From: Podarcis melisellensis | Lineage: Eukaryota | Assembly (NCBI GenBank): GCA_964234715.1 | Contig: OZ174276.1 | Direction: 5' to 3' (one strand) | DNA: 64,000 bases | Part shown: positions 39,515 to 49,735 of the stretch, piece after piece | How positions within the stretch are numbered: the first letter of the stretch is position 1 | Layout of the letters: every line of letters starts with the position of its first letter | Program-made: the position numbers and the translations under genes | Notes under the pieces: model-generated | What the model was told of the DNA's origin: nothing | The model's database searches: none | What the model saw: only the letters and a program-made list of their open reading frames with translations

Positions 39515-40243
39515 TGTTGTGAATTCAAATAAGCTGGCTGCCCAAAGACCTTTAGACTTCAATCAAAAGATCTGACTACCACTCTAGATCCAATTAAATC
39601 CAGTGTGGCTCATATTTGTGGGATATTTACAATGCAGTCAAACCAACGACACATGTCTGCTAGATAGGCACAGGATAGGAGCTGAAGCTCAGAGAGTTTT
39701 TCTGTAAGTTTGCTAGAGAGAACTCTGAGAGCCCCTCCCACCGTGCCCTGGCAGGGGAGGGCGTATCTATATATAATCTCACCTGGTCAGGCACTTCCTC
39801 TTTGTTCTTTGCTCTTTGACCTTTACCTTTCACCTCATTTTAGCAATTTAGAACATCTGCATGTCTGAGCTCCTTTGCTCAGACACCATCTCAAACTAGA
39901 TGTAAGCATGTTTGTGTAACAGAATGACCATTTTAAGCCTGCTTGAACAAAGCTGCTGTTATCTGTTATTCTTCAAGAAGAAATACTGAGTAAATGTTAT
40001 TTTTACCTTTTACAAGACACTTCATGTGATTGTTGTTTTAAGGGGAGAGAAAGGGGAAATACTAGGAAAATCCAGTCTGCGTTAAAGCATCCTGAATTAC
40101 TTAAAGTAAAAGGATGAAACTAGTCTATCTAAGCAGCCTTTTAAGCTGCAAAGGAATGCACTCTGCTGAACTCACAAATGTGAGGAAGGAAGGATAATAC
40201 CTAATAAATATATCCTTTCCTAGCATCTATACACAACCCTACA
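39515..40243 (+). mobile_element. Probable solo LTR
   Basis: Begins TGTTG and ends CTACA. TATA-like TATATATAA near 39767 followed by a pyrimidine-rich R-like segment and AGTAAA. No clean TSD. Confidence 0.5.
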
Positions 40244-40597
40244 ATATTGACACACTTTATTTAAGAGCTCAGCATTCTTCTTCAAGGGCTATATTAGATG
40301 CTATCTGAGAATAAAACTCCAACAGCACTGAGCTCTCTTTCCAAATGTAACAGTAAGTGTACCTGCATCTAGGTGGTCTTCAGTCGACTTTGTTGATAAC
40401 CTGCATAGAATCTGTACTGTGGTGTATTAGCTTTCCCCCAAATGTTTCAGACTACAGTATCAGCCCCAGCAAACATGTCTATTTGTTGGAGATAATGAGA
40501 GTTGCAGTCGGAAACATTTGTAGCACTCGCTTGTGGAAGGCTGCTCTGTATAGACACAAATTATGCTGCTACCTGTCTAGTATTCAAGGCATAATAT

Positions 40598-41092
40598 TGT
40601 TATGAGTTTGGGTGTTAGGCTGTGTGCCAGACTAACTCTTGTATCCAGCAAGTGTTAATTTTTGGAATAGCCAGGCTAGCCTTCTAGTGAGGTTGTAAGG
40701 AGAACAAAGGAAGGGGCTCCGTGGGAGATAGCAAATCGGTGGCAACTTGCAGATAATGAGAAGGACAAAAGTCTTGAGAATTGAGAGTTGGCAGTGATGT
40801 GACCTAGGAAGGAAAGCTGGAGTAAGAGAGGGAGAGCAATGTTAGAGAGCAATGTTTGATTTCTACTGGAATATGAGACTGTGGCTATGGGAAAAGCAAG
40901 ACCATTTGGGGGTGTTAATGCTGCGAGCCCCTCCATTCTAGGCTCAGGTTAAATATGTGTGTAAATAAACCATATATCCTAAAGACACCACAGTCTCTGC
41001 TATGCATCATTCCAAAAGGAAACACAAACCCTGGGTGAGCAACTAGAACCCCAAAATCTCACTCCACTTAGCGATTGGGCTGGTGTGCAACA
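40598..41092 (+). mobile_element. Solo LTR, 495 bp
   Basis: TGTT...AACA termini, 4-bp TSD ATAT (40594-40597 and 41093-41096), AATAAA near 40964. Confidence 0.82.
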
Positions 41093-41351
41093 ATATAGTC
41101 TCATAAGGAGATTTATTCCCTGAGTCAAGCATTTTGCCTGTTTGTCATTATAAAAATGGGAGTATAACTGTTTTAAACTATAAAAGTAGCTTATAAAATA
41201 ACAAACATGAACAATAAAATCCGGATAAAGCTATTTAAAAACCAATCAATGTTTGCTATCCAATTTAAAAGAAATAACAGTCTCAGTAGGGCTGTAATAA
41301 GAAAACAATCATCCATTAAGTACCGGGGGGGGCGGACACCTTTGACTTGGA

Positions 41352-41443
41352 AGCACAATCCTGTGCACATCTACTCAGAAGTAAGTGCCACAGAGTGTCC
41401 TGTGGAGCTCACTCCCTAGTAAGTGGGGAAAGGATTACAGTCT
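41352..41443. repeat. Short palindromic squamate MITE-like repeat (Harbinger/Chompy-like)
   Basis: CAATCCT..TACTCAGAAGTAAG....CTCACTCCCTAGTAAG..AGGATT fold-back. Related relics near 14650-14730 and 38385-38450. Confidence 0.55.
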
Positions 41444-42212
41444 AAAAGACACCAATGACTATTTCTAGGAAAGGTGTTGTGAAATGGGGTGCTACCCCCC
41501 TAATTTCCAAAGGCAGGACCTCTGAAAATGATTTTTTAAAACTAGGCAGGTTCATGCAGGACAAGGCGATCTTTCAGATCCCTGGTTCCAAGCCATTTAG
41601 AGATTTAGAGGAATTCTGCCTTCAGGCATCAGAAGGAAAAGGAACATGGCTCGGCTGTATGTAAGGTTGGTCTGAGGTTGCCAGGAATCCTATTATAAGT
41701 GGTTCTTTCATTCCTTATTTTTGAATACCCCTGATGCATGGAACAGACACCTTAGTTCATACATATGATTTATTCTGTTAGCCATTTGTTGACCTGAAAA
41801 GCATAAATAAGTTACAACACCTGCACAAAAGCCCAGCTTATTTCTACCTCCAAGTGTTCTCAGGTACCCCCAATAGCATATTCTGGTCCTCAAATTTTGA
41901 TTTTCCTCATGAAAACAACATTTTAGAGCTACTTTATTTCTCTTACAGTTAGAGATTTCTCCAACACTATTCTCTCATTCATCTTCTTCCCAATCCAATA
42001 GCCTGTCCCCATCTCTAAACTGTGATTTATTTATTTTTACAAATTAAAATCATCATTATGGGTTCTGTTTCATTTTTTGGTTCATTGACATTAGCCTTGT
42101 TCCAGCAGGAAGAAACATACATCACAGTGGATGCTACGTGTAGGTTTCCCGGGGCTGACAAGGGTGGTCCAAGGACTGGGGCAAGATAACAGCAGAATTA
42201 AAGTGTGGGAAG

Positions 42213-42383
42213 ATAGGAGGCTGCCTTATATTGAGTCAGTATCCATGAAGTTCAGTATCTTCTAGCACAGCAGCAGCTGTCCAGGTTTGAGGCAGGGTTC
42301 TCTCCCAGCCCAACCAGGAGATGCTGGAGATTGAACCTTTGCATGCAATGCAACTGCTCTGCCATTGAACTTTGGCTCTTCCC
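42213..42383 (-). mobile_element. Squam3-like tRNA SINE (degenerate)
   Basis: Reverse complement of the head seen at 5355 (GGAGATTGAACC...GCATGCAA...GCTCTGCCATTGA) and of the ATAGGAGGCTGCCTTATA tail. Confidence 0.72.
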
Positions 42384-43093
42384 TAAGCTCTTCTCCTCCT
42401 AACTTCTCATCTCTACCAATGCCCCGACATTAGTAACTGTCTATCCTCATCTCTGTTTGGATGTTGCCAGAAAGTTGAAGCTGCCACTGCATGTGTCTTT
42501 TTCCTGATACTGTAATGCATAGTTGTATAACACAATGCATAATGTGACGTCTTCTTGTGTGATTCTCTGACCCTATCCCCAACAATGATGTGAGGCTTAG
42601 GCAGGGAAACAGCATGGGGAAACCCAGTGGCTCTTAATATTGAATGAATATGCACAGGGCCATGTACAAGAACCTTGGCAGGGGTGGACTTTGGTAATAT
42701 GGTGTTCTGAGCAAGGAAAACATTTGGCATGCACCCCCATCCAAATATTTCTTATTTTCACAAGAAATCATTTTGGTACAGTTGCCCTTTTTTTGGTACT
42801 TCTCAGTAAGTACCCATATAAATATAGGTTTTATTATGAGGATGATTTTGTGCACCCTCAGCTCTGTGCTCTGGGCAGTTGAACCACCCGCAACACCCTA
42901 AATCTGGTGCTGACCCAGGTTACACAAGGTTCCCAAGGATGTGGAGTGCCTCTGAGTGTATGTGCTGTTGTCAGACTTTCAGAAGTCAGGGACAGGACCC
43001 ATGGGGCACGGCAACATCAAGGATTGAGGCAATGATCATGGTCCTATTTGTTGTGACGTAGGAGCAAGTTGGAGATTAGTGATCAGATAGCAA

Positions 43094-43300
43094 CATGAGA
43101 ACATAAGAGCCATTCTGGATCAGACTAGTGTTCCATTTAGTCCAGCATCCTGTTCTCACAGTGATCAACCAGAATCCTTGGGGAAGGCAGCAATCAAAAC
43201 CCAAGTGTGGACCACTCTCCCCACTTGTGACCCCCAATGACTAGTATTCAGAGGGAAGTAAGAGCCTTCCACTGTAGCCATTGATCTCCTAACATTTTCC
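43094..43300 (-). mobile_element. CR1 3' UTR fragment
   Basis: CATGAGAACATAAGAGCC..GGATCAGAC..TAGTCCAGCATCCTGTTCTCACAGTG. Confidence 0.75.
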
Positions 43301-43869
43301 TTAAAAAAAAAAAAAACCATGAAAAAAACCATGGGGAGAGACACAATTTGGATCTGGCCAGGAACACTTGGGATGATTAAGACCTGTACAGTAGCCATAC
43401 ACATACCCCTGCTGCAAGTTCCTTCCTTTAAAAGAAAAAGGGAAATGAGAGATCTGGCCACAGATATCCTGCATCTTTTCTGTTTGGTCCCAGCTGGATT
43501 GTGACCTATGTGATTGGAAAGTGTAGAGTACTCAGGGTCAGTTTGTCCTTTCCTTTTCTGAAAAATTAACAGCATGCCGTAGTTAGTGCATACAGAGAGC
43601 ATGGTGGTTTCTGGAGAGGGACTCCTGGGTTCTGCAGTGACTAGAAGATGGTGTCTCACATACACACGGTCCTTAATATTCATGAAGAAGAAGAAAGCCA
43701 ATATCTAAGCTGGGATTAATGCTAAAAGGTTTGATTAAAAACAAAACAGCAGGTAATCTCAATTACCTTAGCAGCGGAGAAAATGTAGGTAAACATCCCT
43801 TCTACTCCCCAATACAAATGCAACACACATATATACACACACACACATATATATGTTCCCTTTCCACCG

Positions 43870-44150
43870 TGATGAGTCACTTAAGCAGTTGGCTGAAAAA
43901 TAAATTACTGAGATCTAGAAGTAGTATAAAATTAGGGACTGCAGATGCATGGCTGACGTAAGCAAACTAACAATATAGGCAAAGAACTTAATAGGAACAC
44001 GGGAATTGACTGTATAGCTCTACAAACAAGCTTACAGCAACCAGTCGGCTGCTGCTCCTTGGTTATTGACAAGTTCCGCTTCTTCCAGAGGGTGATGGGG
44101 TGCATCGCTAAAGCAACAGGATTGCTTAGTTACTATTTTGAGTCACGTTT
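43870..44150. promoter_or_regulatory. Candidate enhancer or promoter motif cluster (2 AP-1, CRE-like, 2 RFX X-box-like)
   Basis: TGAGTCA at 43873 and 44139, TGACGTAA at 43954, ATCGCTAAAGCAAC at 44104 and ATTGCTTAGTTAC at 44121, in non-repetitive DNA. Motif evidence only. Confidence 0.3.
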
Positions 44151-44866
44151 TGCTGTGCGCCACCCAGATCCACATTCAAAGCTTATTGAAGAGAAAATTG
44201 CTGTTTCTGCCTAAGAGTTATAAACTTGTTAGATGTGGATGTCTTTTGTGGATGTGTATTACTATCAGGCAGTGAGAGATTTTACTTTCTTGGGCTCCAT
44301 GGTCACTGCAGATGGTGACAGCAGTCACAAAATTAAAAGATGCCTCCTTCTTGGGAGAAAAGCAATGACAAACCTAGACAGCATCTTAAAAAGCAGAGAC
44401 ATCACCTTGCAGACAAAGGTCTGTATAGTTTGATGCTTTTGAATTATGGTGCTGGAGGAGACTCTTTTGAGAGTCCAATGGACTGCAAGAAGATCAAATG
44501 TATCCATTCTTAAGGAAATCAGCCCTGAGTGCTCACTGGAAGGACAGATCCTGAAGCTGAGACTCCAATACTTTGGCCACCTCATGAGCAGAGAAGACTC
44601 CCTGGAAAAGAACCTGATGCTGGGAAAGATTGAGGGCACAAGGAGAAGGGGACGACAGAGGACGAGATGGTTGGATAGTGTTCTCGAAGCTACCAGCATG
44701 AGTTTGACCAAACTGCAGGAGGCAAATCAAATCAAATCAAATCAAAACAAAACTTTATTAGCAAAGCCAACAGGCCACAGCTATACAAGAGTTAAAAGTG
44801 AAAATAGGGATAAAAGGAAGAAAAGAACAAGCAAAAGGAGGTCCGTCAGATGAACAAGTCTGTCAC

Positions 44867-47800
44867 TCAGATGGTGGCCCTCAATTTCGCAGCTCTCTCG
44901 ATGTACCTCGCGACCTTCTCTGTTATCTGACTATCCGTATCAGATAATAGAAAATACAGTGTAATGTCTGGTGAACGGCCGGGGTTGGAGAGAATGAGTG
45001 GAGTAATAATCTCGTTCCTTAGGTCTTTGTAAAGGGGGCAAGATAGAAGGACGTGGGACACTGTTTCCGTGTTACCATCTCCACATGGGCAAAGTCGTTT
45101 TTCAAATGGAGTCTTTTGGTAACGACCTTCGAGTACAGCAGAGGGAAGAACATCCCATCTAGCCAATGTAAAGGCACGTCTGTATTTTGGGATGGTTAGT
45201 TTAAACAAATATGAAGCTGGAGAGTCAAAATGAGAAGGGGGAAAGTAGGTATACCATGGGCACAGTTTCTTTAAGATAATCAGGTTGTTTTGTCGTTCAA
45301 TGTCTTTCAGGCGCTGGCCTATTAGACTCTTTGCTTTAATGAGGCCCATTGATAGTAGGGACTGTGAATGCAGACCGCATGTAAGGAGTTTTTGATGCAC
45401 AGTTTTGAACCACTTGCTTTTGTGAGGGTCTTGCATTACTAGAGGCAGTAGACCAGGTGGATTTAGATTAAGACGAAGCCAATAGTTGAATGTTCTCTGC
45501 CAGGTCTGAGTTTCTACAGATGGAAGGCAGGCCTCGAGTCGTAATGCTGCGTTTGGAACACAGGAGGGGACGCCGAATATCTGCCTTAGAAATTTAGACT
45601 GAACAGTTTCAAGACTGGAGCAGTGGTTCCCCGTCCAGATTTGTGCCCCGTACAGTAACTGCGCCAGAGGTTTTGCTTGAAAAACTTCAAGGGCTGCTGG
45701 GATGTATCTGCCCCCCTTCGTGTAAAAGAAGCGGGACAGCATCTTGATACTTTGAGCTGCTTTTTCTTTGGCACATTTTTGATGGACATCCCAGGACCCG
45801 GTCGACTGGAAAACGATACCCAGATATTTGAAGGCTTTAACCTGTTCAATTGTCTGGTTATCCATCCTCCAGCTGTACTGTCTGTGTTTCCTTGCAAAAA
45901 CCATAATTTTGGTTTTCTGATAGTTTATTGCAAGTTGCTCTCTCCTACAGTATGCTGAAAATTCACCTATGAGCCTATTTAAGCCTATTCTTGTTCGAGA
46001 TAGGAGTATCGCATCATCAGCATACAAAAGCACTGATATTGATTTGTCAGCCAGTTTGGGGGCGTGGAAGTCCGGAGATGACAAACAGTTAACCATATCA
46101 TTGATGTAGATGTTGAATAGAACTGGGGCCAGGATGCAACCTTGCTTGACCCCCTTACTGACAGGAACTGGTCCTATAAGATGGCCATTTAACGAAGTTC
46201 TTACATGCAGCACCGTGTCTTTATATAAACAGCTGATCAGAAATAATAGTCTTTTGTCAATACTTGATGTGCTCAATTTATCCCAGAGTCTTACACGTGG
46301 AATTGAATCGAAAGCAGCCTTTAGATCGATAAAGGCTGCATATAACACCCCACGGGATTTTTTGGCATATTTGTCAATTAAATAGGCTAGGGTGAAGCAA
46401 TGGTCTATGGTGGATCTGCCTTGCCTGAAACCCGCTTGCTCTTCCGCTAGAATAGCTTCAGTTTCCAGCCAGCTAGTTAGCTTGATATAAAGATGTTTGG
46501 CATATAGTTTGCTGGGTATAGGCAGAAGGCTGATTGGTCTATAACTCGCCGGGTCTGTCATCGGTCCTTTTTTATAGATTGGGATAATTATTGCCTCAGT
46601 CCAACCATCTGGGAGTAAACCCATTGAGTCGATCCAAGAAAATAAAGACGCCAGCAGGGGGGCCCACCAGCCAATGTTGGACTTCAGAAGTTCGGCAGGG
46701 ATGTAATCATTCCCTGGGGCCTTGTTGTTCTTTAATTGTGCGATTAAATTCTCAACTTCCTTTGCAGTTACTGGTGGCCAATGAGGTAGGTCCTCCAATT
46801 GAATGCATAGTTTGTAATGTTGGGCTTCCTGGTCATAGAACAAAGATTGAAAATGGCGCAACCACTCCATTGGTTCCACTGTACAGATGGAATTAGTACG
46901 CTCCTGGTCCAGTAGACCAGATATGGTTCGCCAAAAGCAAGTAGTATCTTTCTCGTGCGATGCCTTAACCAAACTGTGCCATGCGGCTCTTTCAGCTTCC
47001 AGTTTCTTTCTCCTTAGTAATTGTTTGTAAGACCGTCTCAGATAAATATAAGCATTAAGTAGGAGGGCAGTCCCTGATTTCCTGTATCTCTGGTAGGCTG
47101 TTCTCGTTTGTCTCCTTGTTTGCCTGCACTCCAGGTCAAACCAGCTAGCTCCGTCCTTTGCCCTCTTTGTAGCGGAGCTATGTATCACTGTTGTTAAATG
47201 GGGTTTCAATCTTTCCAAAAGTAATTTAAAGCGTTCCATAATCGCATCTACTGAATTGCCTGATACAATAGCGGAGCGAATAAGCTTTAACTCCACTGAC
47301 TGAAGAAGGAGGGTTAGATTTTCATTCAGTATTGGGGACCATTTGAGTCTTTTGGGGGCAGGTATATCCAAATTTACAGAAGGTATATATTGTGGCTCGG
47401 CAATAGAATAGTCAAAAGGCCGACCTGCAAGCTCTAAAATTAGAGGTAGGTGATCACTCAGAGTATTGTGGCCCACTTGGAACTTCCTTACAAAGCTGTG
47501 AGCAAATCTTGAGATTAAGATATAATCTATAACGCTTCCCCCAGCCTTGGAGAAATGAGTATATTCCCCGGGGCGGTCCCCCTCTATATTGCCGTTTAAT
47601 ATCAGCAGTTCCCTCCGTCTGGCAGCCTGCACTAAGCAGAGACCTGGGAAATTACTTCTACTATCTTTGGACAGTCATGTCGCACCAATATCCGTCTGTT
47701 CTTCAGGGTCCATAAATAGGTTGAAATGAGTGTATAGACTGTTGTCATCTGTTCCTATACGAGCGTTGAAGTCTCCACACACAATAGTCAGGGCAGACGG

Positions 47801-48277
47801 GTAAGTAGATTCGAGAGGCTCTAAAAACGCCTCTAGCTCAGCCCATGTAGCCTTGACAACGGGGTTTTTTTGGCCTGGGGGAATATAGACATTGACCAGC
47901 AAGAGAGTAGTTCTCTTGAAGCTAAGTAGAGCGGCTGTTGCTAAAGAATTGCAGCTGGGTAGGGCTGTTAGAGAATGCGCCAGCTCCGTGGAAATGAAGC
48001 AAGCTAGGCCACCACTAGATCTGCCGCCCCTTAGAGATGGAGAGGCAGGCAGGTAGTGGCAGTTATACCCATTAAGAAATATAGGGTCATTCTGCCATGT
48101 CTCCTGAAAGAAGATGATGTCAAATTGCTTAAGGTAGCACAAAAATTGTTGATTATTTTTCTTGGCGTGCCAACCCGCGATATTCCAAGACAGCACTTTT
48201 AGGCCCCGGGCCCTTCGGGGAGCTGGATCTATGTCACCACCACGTCCAGCGATTCTTTGGTGTCTAAAAAAACACAC
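44867..48277 (-). pseudogene. LINE ORF2 polyprotein: APE endonuclease + reverse transcriptase + CCHC zinc finger, interrupted by one in-frame TGA (47675-47677)
   Basis: ORFs 47675-48277 and 44867-47632 are in the same frame. APE motifs: LSWNIAGW, FQETW, VNVYIPP, GDFNARIG, SVIDYIL, LSDHLPL. RT motifs: KAPGND, YRPISLL, QAGFR, FIDLKAAFDSI, GVKQGCILAP, LYADD, FKYLG. C-terminal CPCGD-ETVSHVLLSC. The junction reads IGAT*LSKDSRSNFPGLCL. Confidence 0.95.
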
Positions 48278-49735
48278 CCGTTGGCTCTTTTCGAGGATGA
48301 CTGCTTGGAGAGAGTGTAGTGATCCTCTTTTCTTGGTGATTTGGGGCTAGATTTTGGAGTTGGGGGGGAAGCTAATTCATTCGGAGACAATTTAAGATAG
48401 CTGTGCCAGGAGCTTTGAGGTTTCACACCTTGATTTGGTCTTACTTTATTGTACATCACAGGGGGCTCAGATTGTAATTCCACGTCTACACATTTAAAAG
48501 TGCCTCCCACTGTCTTCTTATCCACCAGACATTTGGGAGATATGGGCTGCACATAAGGGTCCTTCATTGTCTCACCTTGATCATCCTTTTTTTCTAGTCT
48601 GCTTCGAAGTAAATCAAGTCTTTTCAGGATCCCAGTTTGAGCTGGAGAATGCAGTGACCAGAATCGCTTTATCAGCGAGAGTTCTTCCTCCAAAGCGGAG
48701 TCCTCACTATCACACGTGAGAGGCCAGACGCCAGTTGGATGTGGGGCTTCTTTTTTTCCATTTGGTACTGTTTGATGGAGATGATCCTGCTGGAACTTAT
48801 GCTTTCTATTTCGATGGTTTTGGTGGTTGGTTTTTTCGCTTTTGTGAACTTCCATTCCTATGCCCTTGGGCCCCATCAGAGAGGTTGCAGGTGCTCTATT
48901 TTCAAATATTCTTAATAGGACTATTCTTTCTTTTTTGAATAGGTTTTTAGCTCTAAAAATGAAACTGGCCAGATTATGATCTAAAAAAGTAATCAATGCT
49001 CGTACCGAGCAATCATCTTGATGTAGATACTCAATAGCGGCTATGTCAGTTGCTTTTACTACCCCCGGTAAAATGCCACTTATAATGGACAAAAAGTGGT
49101 CTATACGGTCCAACCCTGCATAAAATCTAGGCGGTTTAGGGTAATTGGCAAAGACAAGCTTTTGTGGGATTAGGACTAGACTCCATTCTCTTTTGGGACA
49201 CAACATCTGTCGAGCTTGGGAGGAGTGGTTCCCCTCAATAGTTTGGGTCGCCTGCTCACCTCTGTCTACAGATTCTGCGCTGGCCATAAGAGGACTCTGG
49301 GGCGGTATGACTGTAGATGGATTAGTTCCTTTGTCCCAGCTCGGTGTTGATTCTTCAAAACTTGATTTAGATTCTTTTATGGGTGTATCTACTTTACGTG
49401 TCTCTTTGATGGCACTCGAGTTGGATTTGTTTGTTCCACTTGTAGAAGGGGATGGAAGAAGGTTGAAGAGCTTCTGCCAATATTTTTTACAGGTACGGTG
49501 AGTTGTCTTAAGCCGCCTTAGGTTTTTCATATTTTTGCTTTTCTTCATCTTAGGCTCAGCTTTTTTCCTCCGGGGTTTGCTGGGGAGTGGTGGATCCGGG
49601 CTGGCTAGGGGATTTGTATTCTGGTCTGAAGCGCTCACATGTTGTTTGAAATTATCCACTAGGGTCAGGAGCAGCCCGTTTGTTATCGCTAAAAAATTTT
49701 TAACGTTAAGGAGATCCGTAGAAATCTGGTATATC
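48229..49735 (-). CDS. LINE ORF1 (about 500 codons, open up to the element 5' junction; putative RNA-binding/chaperone protein)
   Basis: Uninterrupted frame directly upstream of and overlapping ORF2, lying inside the TSD-bounded element. It has basic and S/P/K-rich disordered segments and a central globular-looking domain (LVFANYP...RALITFLD...VLLRIFEN). The first 19 aa of the listed ORF (49791-49736) are antisense Bov-B/TSD sequence. Confidence 0.8.

Larger units (their letters stand above)
44725..49735 (-). mobile_element. Young, near-intact two-ORF non-LTR retrotransposon (RTE-X-like LINE), probably 5'-truncated
   Basis: Perfect 12-bp TSD CTGCAGGAGGCA (44713-44724 and 49736-49747). On the minus strand the 3' end has AATAAA followed by a (TTTGA)n tail. 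ORF1 plus APE-RT ORF2 with a C-terminal CCHC finger. RTE-type RT motifs, an upstream ORF1 and a microsatellite tail point to the RTE-X clade; the clade call is inference. Confidence 0.93.

Noticed and set aside
44867-47632. 921-aa ORF as a stand-alone or prokaryotic-type RT gene (retron, group II intron, defence RT)
   Set aside because: It starts at GTG in the middle of the APE domain and is the in-frame continuation of 47675-48277. TSD, tail and context show a eukaryotic LINE.
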